From contig CAYFZO010000002.1 of assembly GCA_964347615.1 (NCBI GenBank), forward strand, positions 22,261 through 86,260: a DNA stretch of 64,000 nt. The letters run 5' to 3'. The translations under genes and the position numbers were made by a program. The stretch's first letter is position 1; every line of letters begins with the position of its first letter. The notes beneath the pieces were generated by a model. It searched no databases, was not told the DNA's origin, and was given only the letters and a program-made list of their open reading frames with translations. Of this stretch, positions 39,762 to 49,065 are shown piece by piece. The stretch is from an uncultured Chromatiales bacterium (GTDB taxonomy: Bacteria; Pseudomonadota; Gammaproteobacteria; Poriferisulfidales; Oxydemutatoraceae).

Positions 39762-42202
39762 TTATCCACGACGAAGTTGACCAGCCGGTCGGGCACGACG
39801 ATGGTCTTGCGCACCGCCGCGCCGCGGGTGAACCGCTTGATTTTCTCATCGGCGAGCGCGGCTTCCGCTACGGCGTCGCGCTCACTGCCGACCGGCATCT
39901 CGATGCGCCCGCGCAGCTTGCCGTTGACCTGAATCGCGATCTCGCAGGTCTTCCTGACCAGCGCGTCCGGATCCGCCTGCGGCCACGGGCTGTCTATCAC
40001 CGCGTCGTCGTGCCCGAGCAACCGCCACAGGGCGTGCGTGACGTGCGGCACCACCGGCGACAACGTCCGAACCACCGCCTCGAACCCTTCCTGCCTGACC
40101 TCGTGCCCCGCGCGCGAGCGGTCGTCGAAACGCGCGAGCTCGTTGAGCAGTTCCATGTTGGCCGCGATCGCCGTATTGAACGTGTAACGCCTGCCGACGT
40201 CGTCGCTGACCTTGGCGATGGTCTCGTGGACGCGGCGGCGCAGCTCGACGCAACGTTCCTCGTCGCCCGCGACGTCTTCCGAGACGGTGCTTTCGCAATG
40301 CTCGGACACTTGCTTCCACAGCCGCTTGAGGAAACGGTACGCGCCCTCGACCCCGGCGTCGGACCATTCGAGCGACTGTTCCGGCGGCGCCGCGAACATG
40401 ACGAACAGACGCACCGTGTCGGCGCCGTAGCGCTCGATCAGTCCTTCGGGGTCCACCGTGTTGCCGCGCGACTTCGACATCTTGGCACCGTCCTTGAGCA
40501 CCATGCCCTGAGTCAGCAGCCGCTTGAAAGGCTCGACCTCCTTGACCAGCCCCATATCGTGCATCAACTTGTAGAAAAAGCGCGCGTACAGCAAGTGCAG
40601 CACCGCGTGTTCGATGCCGCCGACGTATTGATCGACCGGCAACCAGTAATCGGCCTCGTCGCCGAGCATCGCGGTCTCGCAGCCGGGGCTTGCGAAACGG
40701 GCGAAGTACCAGCTCGACTCGAAGAAAGTGTCGAAGGTGTCGGTCTCGCGCAACAGCGGCTTGCCGGCGCGGGTCTTGCCGGTGTCACGAAAGGCCGGCG
40801 CGTGCAACGGCGACGCGCCCGGCTCGAGCTCACCGCCTTCGGGCAAGGTGACCGGCAGATCATCGTCGGCCACCGCCTCGACCCGTTCGCCGGCGTGCAA
40901 CACCGGTATCGGCGCGCCCCAATAGCGCTGGCGTGAGACCCCCCAGTCGCGCAGCCGGTAGTTGACGGCTTGACGCCCCCTTCCGACCTGTTCCAAGTCG
41001 GCGGCGAGCGCCTCGAAAGCGGCGTCGAAGTCCATGCCGTCGTAAGCGCCCGAGTCGCAAAGCACCCCTTTCTCGACGAACGCGCCTTGCTCGACGTCAA
41101 CGTCCTCCCGTCCGGCGTGCGGACGGATGACCCGGCGGATCTCAAGCCCGTAGAGCTTGGCGAACTCCCAGTCGCGCTGATCGTGGGCCGGCACCGACAT
41201 CACCGCGCCCGATCCGTACTCCATCAAAACGAAGTTCGCGCACCACACCGGCAGCAACTCGTCGGTCAACGGGTGGCGACAACGCAAACCCAGGTCGAGG
41301 CCGGCTTTCTCCTCGACGGCGGCGGCGGCCTCGGCGGTCGAACGCCGTCGGCACGCCTCGACGAACCCGGCGATCTCGGGCTCGGATTCGGTGAGCCTCC
41401 CGACCAACGGATGCTCCGGCGCAAGCGCGAGGTAGGTCGCGCCCATCAGCGTGTCGGGGCGCGTCGTGAACACCGTGATCGAATCGTCGCGTCCGTCGAG
41501 CTCGAACTCGATCTCCAGCCCCCGCGAGCGACCGATCCAGTTGCGCTGCATCGTCCTGACCTGCTCGGGCCATTCGTCGAGCAGATCGAGGTCGTCGAGC
41601 AACCGCTGAGCGTAATCGGTGATGCGCAAGAACCACTGCGGAACGTTGCGGCGCTCGACCGGCGCACCCGAACGCCAGCCCTTGCCCTCGATAACCTGCT
41701 CGTTCGCGAGCACCGTGTTGTCCACCGGGTCCCAATTGACCCACGCCCGCTTGCGGTACGCGACGCCCTGCTTGAACAGGCGGGTGAAAAACCACTGCTC
41801 CCAGCGGTAGTACTCCGGCTTGCAGGTCGTGATCTCGCGCTCCCAGTCGTAACCGAAGCCGAGACGGCGCAGCTGCCCTTTCATGTGCTCGACGTTCGCC
41901 TCGGTCCACGCGGCGGGCGCCTGCTTGTTCTGGATCGCCGCGTTCTCGGCGGGCAAGCCGAACGCGTCCCAGCCCATCGGCTGCAGCACGTTCTTGCCGA
42001 GCATCCGCTGGTAGCGGCTGATCACGTCGCCGATCGTGTAGTTGCGCACGTGCCCTATATGCAGCCTGCCGCTGGGGTAGGGAAACATCGACAAGCAATA
42101 GTACTTCTCGCGCGCCGGGTCGGCGACGGCGCGAAAGCAGCGGTTTTTCTCCCAGTATTCCTGAGCCTCCCGCTCGAGGCGTCGCGGGTCGTACTTCTCC
42201 AT
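39758..42202 (-). CDS. leuS: leucyl-tRNA synthetase
   Basis: 814 aa, class I aaRS with HIGH (PYPSGRLHIGH) and KMSKS motifs, an editing domain and a C-terminal anticodon-binding domain. Confidence 0.95.
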   Translation of the reverse strand: MEKYDPRRLEREAQEYWEKNRCFRAVADPAREKYYCLSMFPYPSGRLHIGHVRNYTIGDVISRYQRMLGKNVLQPMGWDAFGLPAENAAIQNKQAPAAWTEANVEHMKGQLRRLGFGYDWEREITTCKPEYYRWEQWFFTRLFKQGVAYRKRAWVNWDPVDNTVLANEQVIEGKGWRSGAPVERRNVPQWFLRITDYAQRLLDDLDLLDEWPEQVRTMQRNWIGRSRGLEIEFELDGRDDSITVFTTRPDTLMGATYLALAPEHPLVGRLTESEPEIAGFVEACRRRSTAEAAAAVEEKAGLDLGLRCRHPLTDELLPVWCANFVLMEYGSGAVMSVPAHDQRDWEFAKLYGLEIRRVIRPHAGREDVDVEQGAFVEKGVLCDSGAYDGMDFDAAFEALAADLEQVGRGRQAVNYRLRDWGVSRQRYWGAPIPVLHAGERVEAVADDDLPVTLPEGGELEPGASPLHAPAFRDTGKTRAGKPLLRETDTFDTFFESSWYFARFASPGCETAMLGDEADYWLPVDQYVGGIEHAVLHLLYARFFYKLMHDMGLVKEVEPFKRLLTQGMVLKDGAKMSKSRGNTVDPEGLIERYGADTVRLFVMFAAPPEQSLEWSDAGVEGAYRFLKRLWKQVSEHCESTVSEDVAGDEERCVELRRRVHETIAKVSDDVGRRYTFNTAIAANMELLNELARFDDRSRAGHEVRQEGFEAVVRTLSPVVPHVTHALWRLLGHDDAVIDSPWPQADPDALVRKTCEIAIQVNGKLRGRIEMPVGSERDAVAEAALADEKIKRFTRGAAVRKTIVVPDRLVNFVVDK

Positions 42203-42213
42203 TTCGTTGCGGG

Positions 42214-43665
42214 CTAAGACTCGCCGGTTCTGCCGTAGTTGTCCTCGAAGCGTTCGATGTCGTCCTCACCGAGGTAGTCGCCGCATTGCACTTCGATCAG
42301 GTGGGCGGGGTCGGTCCCCGGATTCTCCAGACGGTGCTTGGTCTCGACCGGAATGTAGGTGGACTCGTTGACCCTGAGCGTGAAGCGTTCGTCGCCGCGC
42401 GTCACGAGCACTTCCCCGCGCACCACGACCCAATGCTCAGAACGGCGGTGGTGAAGCTGCAAGGACAGGCTTTGCCCGGGGTTGACGACGATGCGCTTGA
42501 CCTGAAAGCCGGCGGCGGCGTCAACGCTTTCGTAAGACCCCCACGGGCGATAGACCTTGCGATGTTCGGTCGCCTGAACCCGCCCGAGCCCGCGCAGTTT
42601 CTCGACCATGCGTTTGACCTCCTGCGCCTTGCCGCGTTGCGCGACCAACACCGCGTCGGACGTCTCGGCGATGATGCAGTCGTCGACGCCGAGCACGGCG
42701 ACCAGGCGTCCTCCCGCGTAGACGACGTTGTTCGAGGCGTCGGCGAACACGACGTCGCCGGCGGACGCGTTGCCGTCGCCGTCGCCGTCGAGCAACGGCG
42801 CGAGCGCCTCCCACGAACCGACGTCGCTCCAGCCGATTTTCGCCGGCACCAACGCGACGTTGCCGGCTTTCTCCATCACCGCGTAGTCCACCGATATATC
42901 GGGGCACGCCTCGAAAGCCTCACGCTCGGCGCAGACAAAGTCGAGGTTCGGCGTGCGCCCGGCGTACGCCTTCTCGCACGCCGCGTGGATTTCCGGCGCC
43001 ACGGCGCGCAGCTGTTCCAGATACGCACTCGCCTTGAACAGGAACATGCCGCTGTTCCAGTAATACTCCCCCGATTCAAGCCAGCGTTGCGCGGTCGCAA
43101 GGTCGGGCTTTTCATGAAACGCCGCGGCGCGATAAACCTCGCCCGCGCCGAGATCCAGCACCTCGCCCCTGCGGACGTAGCCGTAGCCGGTTTCGGCGCG
43201 TTCGGGGACGACGCCGAAAGTCGCGAGCATCCCTTCGCGCGCCGCTGACGCCGCCGCGTGCACCGCCTTGGCGAAGCCGTCGCGGTCGGAAACCACGTGG
43301 TCCGACGGCAACACCAGCATCAAGCCGTCGCCGTCGTGCTCGATCAGGTCAAACGCCGCGAGGGCGATCGCCGGCGCGGTGTTGCGCGACACCGGCTCGA
43401 CCAGGATCGAGAAGTCGACGCCCTTGAACCCGCTCAGGTTGTCCGAGACGAAAAACCGGGCGTCTTCGCTGCATAAAAGCAGTACGCGTTCCGGCGCGAG
43501 CGACGTCGCGCGCTCGAGCGTCGCGCGGAACAGGTTGCTCCCGGTGCCGCCGGGCGACGGCACCGGGGCAAACTGTTTCGGAAAACGCTTGCGCGACAAC
43601 GGCCACAGGCGCGTGCCCGCGCCGCCGCACAAGACGACCGGCGTCAGGTTCAGTTGGTTTTCCAT
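42214..43665 (-). CDS. manC: mannose-1-phosphate guanylyltransferase / mannose-6-phosphate isomerase (AlgA/XanB/ManC type)
   Basis: N-terminal nucleotidyltransferase motif VLCGGAGTRLWPLS and a C-terminal cupin domain. I set the start at ATG 43663-43665 (MENQLNLTPV). The 97-codon upstream extension in the track is GC artefact. Overlaps the lnt 3' end by 16 nt. Confidence 0.85.
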   Translation of the reverse strand: MENQLNLTPVVLCGGAGTRLWPLSRKRFPKQFAPVPSPGGTGSNLFRATLERATSLAPERVLLLCSEDARFFVSDNLSGFKGVDFSILVEPVSRNTAPAIALAAFDLIEHDGDGLMLVLPSDHVVSDRDGFAKAVHAAASAAREGMLATFGVVPERAETGYGYVRRGEVLDLGAGEVYRAAAFHEKPDLATAQRWLESGEYYWNSGMFLFKASAYLEQLRAVAPEIHAACEKAYAGRTPNLDFVCAEREAFEACPDISVDYAVMEKAGNVALVPAKIGWSDVGSWEALAPLLDGDGDGNASAGDVVFADASNNVVYAGGRLVAVLGVDDCIIAETSDAVLVAQRGKAQEVKRMVEKLRGLGRVQATEHRKVYRPWGSYESVDAAAGFQVKRIVVNPGQSLSLQLHHRRSEHWVVVRGEVLVTRGDERFTLRVNESTYIPVETKHRLENPGTDPAHLIEVQCGDYLGEDDIERFEDNYGRTGES

Positions 43666-45128
43666 ACCCGTCGCCTCGCCGCCGCAACCGCAAGGCCAAG
43701 CACCGAAAGCAAGGACCACGCCAGCACCGGGACGTCGCCCCAAACCGAATACGGAGTGCGCCCGCGGCGCGGTTCGACCGTCGCGGTGAGCAGCTGTTCG
43801 GCGAACTGCCGCGAACGTTCGACCACGTTCCCCTCGTGGTCGATGACCGCCGAGACGCCGGTGCTGGTCGCCCTGACCATCGCCCGCCCGGTCTCCGCCG
43901 TGCGCAACCGGGCAAGCTGCAAATGCTGATACGGCGCGGTCGAGTCGCCGAACCACGAGTCGTTGCTGACGTTGATCAAGTAAGCGGCCTCCGGCAAAGC
44001 GTCCATTATCTCACTTGCGAATGAAACTTCATAACAAATCGAAACCCCGACGTCGTGTTCGCCGACGCGCATCAAAGGTCGGTCGCGCCCGGCCTTGAGA
44101 TCGGACATCGGAATCAGTATCCACGCCCTGAAAAAGTTCAGCAGACCACGCAACGGCAGGTATTCGCCGAAAGGCACCAGATGCCGCTTGCGGTAGACCT
44201 GCGGCGGGGACGCGACCTTGACCAGCGCGTTGTAAGCGCCGCCGTCCTCGTCGCGCACGAAAGCGCCCAGCACGAACTCCCCGCCGGCTTCACGGATCTC
44301 GTCGCCGAGCGGCACCGCCAGCTCCTTCTCGAGCAAATCGTAATACGCCGGCACCGCGGTCTCCGGCCACAGCACGAGATCGGCGCCCAGCGCGCGCGCG
44401 CTCAGCCCGCGGTAAGCCTCGACGATGCGCCGGAAGTTGTCCCGGTCGAACTTGAGGTTCTGCTCGACGTTGCCTTGCGCCAGCGCAACCTCGACGCGCT
44501 CTCCGGCGGGGGCGGTCCATTCAAGCAACGCCGAGACCGCACCCGCGACCGAGACCACGACGAAAGCGCCGGCGGCGACGATGACAGTCCGGGTATTGCG
44601 ACGTGAGAAGGCGAGCACCAGACAGCCCGCAAGAAAAACCACAAGCCACGACGCGCCGGTCGCACCGAACACCGGCAACACCCCGGCGAGCGGAGAATCC
44701 ACCGCCGCCTGCCCGACGAAGTTCCACGGAAACCCGGTCAGCAGAACGCCCCTCAACCATTCGCTCAAGCTCCACAGCGACGGATACAGCAACAGGCACG
44801 AAGGCGCAATCGGAACGAAGCGCGCGGCGCACGAGACCGCCCAAGCCAAAGCCGCGAAATACACCGCCAAAGCCGCGACGAACAACAAGGTCGCCGCGAC
44901 CGCAAGCATCGCCGGCGCCTCGCCGAAGTCGTGCAAGCTGTAATAGACCCAGTAGAAGCTCGTGGCGAAATGCGCGAAACCGAAAACCCAGCCGCTCAAC
45001 GCCGCCGCTTTCGGCGTGCGCCGCCGCCACGACCACAGCACCGCCGCCGGCACCAGCGCCGCGAGAGGAAACCACGACAAGGGCGCGTAAGCGCCGGTCA
45101 GCGCAACCCCCGCCACCGCGTTGAACAT
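43650..45128 (-). CDS. lnt: apolipoprotein N-acyltransferase
   Basis: N-terminal polytopic membrane region and C-terminal CN-hydrolase (nitrilase-like) domain. Conserved position downstream of corC (ybeX). Confidence 0.85.
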   Translation of the reverse strand: MFNAVAGVALTGAYAPLSWFPLAALVPAAVLWSWRRRTPKAAALSGWVFGFAHFATSFYWVYYSLHDFGEAPAMLAVAATLLFVAALAVYFAALAWAVSCAARFVPIAPSCLLLYPSLWSLSEWLRGVLLTGFPWNFVGQAAVDSPLAGVLPVFGATGASWLVVFLAGCLVLAFSRRNTRTVIVAAGAFVVVSVAGAVSALLEWTAPAGERVEVALAQGNVEQNLKFDRDNFRRIVEAYRGLSARALGADLVLWPETAVPAYYDLLEKELAVPLGDEIREAGGEFVLGAFVRDEDGGAYNALVKVASPPQVYRKRHLVPFGEYLPLRGLLNFFRAWILIPMSDLKAGRDRPLMRVGEHDVGVSICYEVSFASEIMDALPEAAYLINVSNDSWFGDSTAPYQHLQLARLRTAETGRAMVRATSTGVSAVIDHEGNVVERSRQFAEQLLTATVEPRRGRTPYSVWGDVPVLAWSLLSVLGLAVAAARRRVWKTN

Positions 45129-45159
45129 CAGCCCCTTGAACGCAGCGGCGCCGATTGGA

Positions 45160-45999
45160 TCAGCCCTTTTTCCTGACCGACAATAAATGGATGCGCCGGT
45201 CGTCGGCGCGGACGACCTCGAACCGGAAGACGCCGATCTCGACGCTCTCCCCGCGTTTCGGCAGATGGCCGAAAGCGTTGACGACGACGCCTCCCACCGT
45301 GTCGGCGGAGCCGTTGGTCAGCCGGGTCTTGAAACGTTCGTTGAAGTCTTCCAAGGGAGTGAGCGCCTTGACCTGAAAATGCCCGTCGCGGTGCGCGAAG
45401 ATATAGCTGTCCTCGTCAACGTCGTATTCGTCGGTGATGTCGCCGACGATTTGTTCGAGGACGTCCTCGATTGTCACCAAACCGGAAACCCCGCCGTATT
45501 CGTCCACCACGATCGCCAAGTGATTGCGGTTGTTGCGGAACTCCCCGAGCAGCACCTTGAGCCGCTTGCTCTCGGGCACGATCACCGGCGGGCGCAAGTG
45601 CTCGTTGACGTCGAGAGACCGATTGCCTTCGTTGCTGAAGAAGTTCAGGAGATCCTTGGCGTGGAGTATTCCCTCGATCTTGTCGGGGTTGTCGCCGACG
45701 ACCGGAAAACGCGAGTGTGAACCGTCGGTGACCATCGCCAGAATCTGTTCGGCGGTCGCGTCCTTGCGGATGACCTTCATCTGCGGCCTCGGAACCATGA
45801 TGTCGCGCACCCGCAGGTCCGCGACGCAGAGTACGCCCTCGATCATCACCAGCAGGTCGCGGTCGAGCACGCCGTCGGCGGAGGCGCGCTTGAGCATCGT
45901 AATCAGTCCCTGCGAATTGCGCGGGCGCAGGCACAGCCGGGCGCTAAGACGCCGCAGCCAGCTTCTACTGGGAGGTTCTTCTTTGACGTCCTTACTCAT
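45160..45999 (-). CDS. corC: CorC/HlyC-family magnesium and cobalt efflux protein (YbeX)
   Basis: Tandem CBS domains and a C-terminal CorC_HlyC transporter-associated domain. The start is likely MSKDVKEE. Confidence 0.85.
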   Translation of the reverse strand: MSKDVKEEPPSRSWLRRLSARLCLRPRNSQGLITMLKRASADGVLDRDLLVMIEGVLCVADLRVRDIMVPRPQMKVIRKDATAEQILAMVTDGSHSRFPVVGDNPDKIEGILHAKDLLNFFSNEGNRSLDVNEHLRPPVIVPESKRLKVLLGEFRNNRNHLAIVVDEYGGVSGLVTIEDVLEQIVGDITDEYDVDEDSYIFAHRDGHFQVKALTPLEDFNERFKTRLTNGSADTVGGVVVNAFGHLPKRGESVEIGVFRFEVVRADDRRIHLLSVRKKG

Positions 46000-46531
46000 C
46001 GGATGAACGATCGGCGACCCGCACTCGGTAGGGATTCTCAAAACCCAGACGGCTCAGAACGGCGATTTCCCGTGCTTCCATCCGCTCGGCCTCCCGGTCC
46101 TCGGCGTGGTCGTAGCCTTGCAAGTGGAGCATCGCGTGAACGAACAGATGCGCCCAATGGGCGACGGGCTGCTTGCCCTGCTCGCGCGCCTCGGCCTCGA
46201 CCACCGGCGCGGCGATCACGACGTCGCCAAGCGGCTTCGGCTCGCCGCCGGGCGGCATCGGCGCGTCGCAAGGGAAAGCCAGCACGTTGGTCGGCGCAGG
46301 CCGGTTGAAGTGCCGCCGGTTCAACGCGGCGGACTCCTCGACGTCGACCACGACCACGCACACCTCGAGCCCCGCGTCCGGCCCGGCCTTCGCACCCGCG
46401 TCGAGCGCCGCGTCGGCCCAGCGGTTGAAGTCGGCGCGCGCCGGAACGTCGAAACGGGCGAGGTCGTCCAGGTTCGTCTTCAGGACGACCTCGACGGCGC
46501 GCGGCGGGTTGTCCTCACGACTTCTCTTCAT
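45992..46531 (-). CDS. ybeY: rRNA maturation endoribonuclease YbeY
   Basis: Metal-binding H-x3-H-x5-H motif (HAMLHLQGYDH) and a conserved NVLAFP segment. Overlaps the corC start by 8 nt. Confidence 0.85.
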   Translation of the reverse strand: MKRSREDNPPRAVEVVLKTNLDDLARFDVPARADFNRWADAALDAGAKAGPDAGLEVCVVVVDVEESAALNRRHFNRPAPTNVLAFPCDAPMPPGGEPKPLGDVVIAAPVVEAEAREQGKQPVAHWAHLFVHAMLHLQGYDHAEDREAERMEAREIAVLSRLGFENPYRVRVADRSSDE

Positions 46532-47519
46532 GGTCCTCGTAGGCGCGGATAATGCGCTTGACCAGGGCGTGGCGAACCACGTCCTCGGAGCCGAAGTGCA
46601 CGAAGTTGACGCCTTCGACCTTGTCGAGCACGCGCGTGACGTGCCTGAGCCCCGACTCCCTGTTGTCGGGAAGGTCCACTTGGGTGACGTCGCCGGTCAC
46701 CACGGTTCTCGAACCGAAGCCGACGCGCGTCAAGAACATCTTCATCTGCTCGATCGTCGTATTCTGCGCCTCGTCGAGAATAATGAACGCCTTGTTCAGG
46801 GAGCGCCCGCGCATGTAGGCCAGCGGCGCAATCTCGATCATGTTCTTGTCGATCAACTTGTTGACCCGGTCGAAACCCATGGTCTCGTAAAGCGCGTCGT
46901 ACATCGGCTTCAGGTAAGGGTCGACCTTCTGCGCCAGGTCGCCCGGAAGAAACCCGAGCCTCTCACCGGCCTCGACCGCCGGCCTGACCAGCACCAGCTT
47001 GTCCACCGCGTTCTTCTCCAGCGCCTCGACGCCCGCCGCGACCGCGAGATAGGTCTTGCCGGTGCCGGCCGGGCCGATGCCGAAAGTCAGGTCGCAATTA
47101 CGCATGCTCGTCAGATAATCGGCCTGGGCCGCGCCTTTGGCCTTGACCCGGGTGTGGCGCGTGCGCACCAGCACGTCCTCGCGCTGCGGCTCCTCGACCA
47201 CCTTGTGCAAATTGGCGTCCTGCAAGTAAAGGTGAACCTCGTTTGAAGTCAGTTCCTCGTCTTCGGTCGTGTCGTACAAGGCCTTGATGATCTTGACGGT
47301 TGCACGACCCGCCCCCTCGGAACCGGAAACCGAAAAGTAGTTGCCTCGGTTGAGAATCTGAACGCCGAAGCGTTGCTCTATCTGGCGCAAGTGCTCGTTC
47401 ATGGGGCCGCATAGATTGACCAAGCGGGGATTGTCGGCGGGCTCGAGAACGAGCGAGAAGCTGCGGATTCGGTCTGTCAAAAAAGTCTTGGGCGCACCGG
47501 TCGATAACGTGAGCGTCAT
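46515..47519 (-). CDS. phoH: PhoH-like ATPase (YbeZ)
   Basis: Walker A GPAGTGKTYLAV and the PhoH signature LVLVRPAVEAGERLGFLPGDL. I set the start at ATG 47517-47519 (MTLTLSTG). The upstream 82 codons of the track ORF are arginine-rich artefact. Confidence 0.9.
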   Translation of the reverse strand: MTLTLSTGAPKTFLTDRIRSFSLVLEPADNPRLVNLCGPMNEHLRQIEQRFGVQILNRGNYFSVSGSEGAGRATVKIIKALYDTTEDEELTSNEVHLYLQDANLHKVVEEPQREDVLVRTRHTRVKAKGAAQADYLTSMRNCDLTFGIGPAGTGKTYLAVAAGVEALEKNAVDKLVLVRPAVEAGERLGFLPGDLAQKVDPYLKPMYDALYETMGFDRVNKLIDKNMIEIAPLAYMRGRSLNKAFIILDEAQNTTIEQMKMFLTRVGFGSRTVVTGDVTQVDLPDNRESGLRHVTRVLDKVEGVNFVHFGSEDVVRHALVKRIIRAYEDHEEKS

Positions 47520-47596
47520 TATAGCAAGTCCGAAACCCCGCCCGCGCGAAGCCCTGCGCGCGGCAAGGCCCCGCCGGATTCCCCGTACCTCCCCCC

Positions 47597-48919
47597 TTAA
47601 GCCCGCACCCCGCGCAAAGAGTTGGGCAACGCCTCGGTAATCCGCATGGACAGGAACTCGCCGGGGCGGGTTTCCTGCGCTTCGAAATTGACGACGCGGT
47701 TGTTCCCGGTGCGTCCGCACAGCTCGCCGCGGCCTTTCTTCGCTTCGCCTTCGACCAGTACGCATTGCACGCTGCCGACCATCCGGTTCGAAATCTCCGC
47801 GGCGTTTCGGTCGAGCCTCGCTTGCAGGGTCTGCAGGCGTTCTTTCTTGACCTCCGCCGGCGTGTCGTCGGGCAACGCCGCCGCCGGCGTCCCCGGACGC
47901 GCGCTGTAAATGAAACTGAACGACTGGTCGAAACCGACCGCCTCGACCAAGTCCATCGTCTTCTGAAAGTCCTCGTCGGTCTCGCCGGGAAAACCGACGA
48001 TGAAATCCGACGACACCGATATTTCCGGCCTGAGCTCGCGCAGCTTACGGATGATGGATTTGTATTCGAGCGCGGTGTAGCCGCGTTTCATCGCCGCGAG
48101 CACCCGGTCTGAGCCGCTTTGCACCGGCAGGTGCAGGTGGTCGGGCAGCTGCGGCACGTCGGCGTACGCCTCGATCAGCTCGGGCGTGAACTCGATCGGA
48201 TGCGAGGAGGTGTAACGGATGCGCTCGACGCCGTCGAGCGCGGCGACGTAGTACAGCAACAACGCAAAGTCCACCGGCGTACCGTCCTCGGAGACGCTGC
48301 GGTAAGCGTTGACGTTCTGCCCGAGCAAGGTCACTTCCCTGACCCCGCCGGCGGTGAGCCGCCGGATTTCCTGCAGGACGCCGGCGACCGGACGGCTGAC
48401 TTCCTCGCCACGGGTGTACGGCACGACGCAGAACGAGCAGTATTTGCTGCACCCTTCCATGATCGAGACGAACGCGGTCGGCCCGGTGACCCGCGGTTCG
48501 GGCAGGCGGTCGAACTTCTCGACCTGCGGAAACGAGACGTCAACGAGGCGTTTCTTGCCCGCCACCGCCTCGTCGAACAAGCGCGGCAGACGGTGCAGGG
48601 TCTGCGGGCCGAACACGATGTCCACGCACGGCGCGCGCTCCTGCAAAGCCTTGCCCTCCTGGCTTGCGACGCAGCCGCCGACGCCGATGACCGTGCCCGG
48701 CTTGGCGGATTTCAGCGCTTTCCAGCGCCCGAGTTCGGAGAACACCTTCTCCTGGGCTTTCTCGCGCACCGAGCAGGTGTTCAGCAACAGCAGGTCGGCC
48801 TCCTCGGGCGTCTTCGCTTCGGTCATGCCATGTGATTTGCGCAGCACGTCGAACATCTTGTCCGAGTCGTACTCGTTCATCTGGCAGCCGTACGTCTTGA
48901 TGTGAACCTTTTTGCTCAT
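47597..48919 (-). CDS. miaB: tRNA-2-methylthio-N6-dimethylallyladenosine synthase
   Basis: UPF0004 N-terminal domain ([12 protein letters not shown]), radical-SAM CxxxCxxC motif (CSKYCSFC) and a TRAM domain. The order miaB-ybeZ-ybeY-ybeX-lnt matches E. coli. Confidence 0.9.
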   Translation of the reverse strand: MSKKVHIKTYGCQMNEYDSDKMFDVLRKSHGMTEAKTPEEADLLLLNTCSVREKAQEKVFSELGRWKALKSAKPGTVIGVGGCVASQEGKALQERAPCVDIVFGPQTLHRLPRLFDEAVAGKKRLVDVSFPQVEKFDRLPEPRVTGPTAFVSIMEGCSKYCSFCVVPYTRGEEVSRPVAGVLQEIRRLTAGGVREVTLLGQNVNAYRSVSEDGTPVDFALLLYYVAALDGVERIRYTSSHPIEFTPELIEAYADVPQLPDHLHLPVQSGSDRVLAAMKRGYTALEYKSIIRKLRELRPEISVSSDFIVGFPGETDEDFQKTMDLVEAVGFDQSFSFIYSARPGTPAAALPDDTPAEVKKERLQTLQARLDRNAAEISNRMVGSVQCVLVEGEAKKGRGELCGRTGNNRVVNFEAQETRPGEFLSMRITEALPNSLRGVRA

Positions 48920-49065
48920 GCCGTTTTCCGCAAGCCTTCGGGCATTGCTTGCAGCGACCGTCGATTATACAGCGTCCCCGGGACCCTCCCCGGGAACTCC
49001 CCCGGGAATCCCCCTGGGAACCTCGGGCGTCAGACTTGCACACGTGACAACCCTCCCCGCCGACG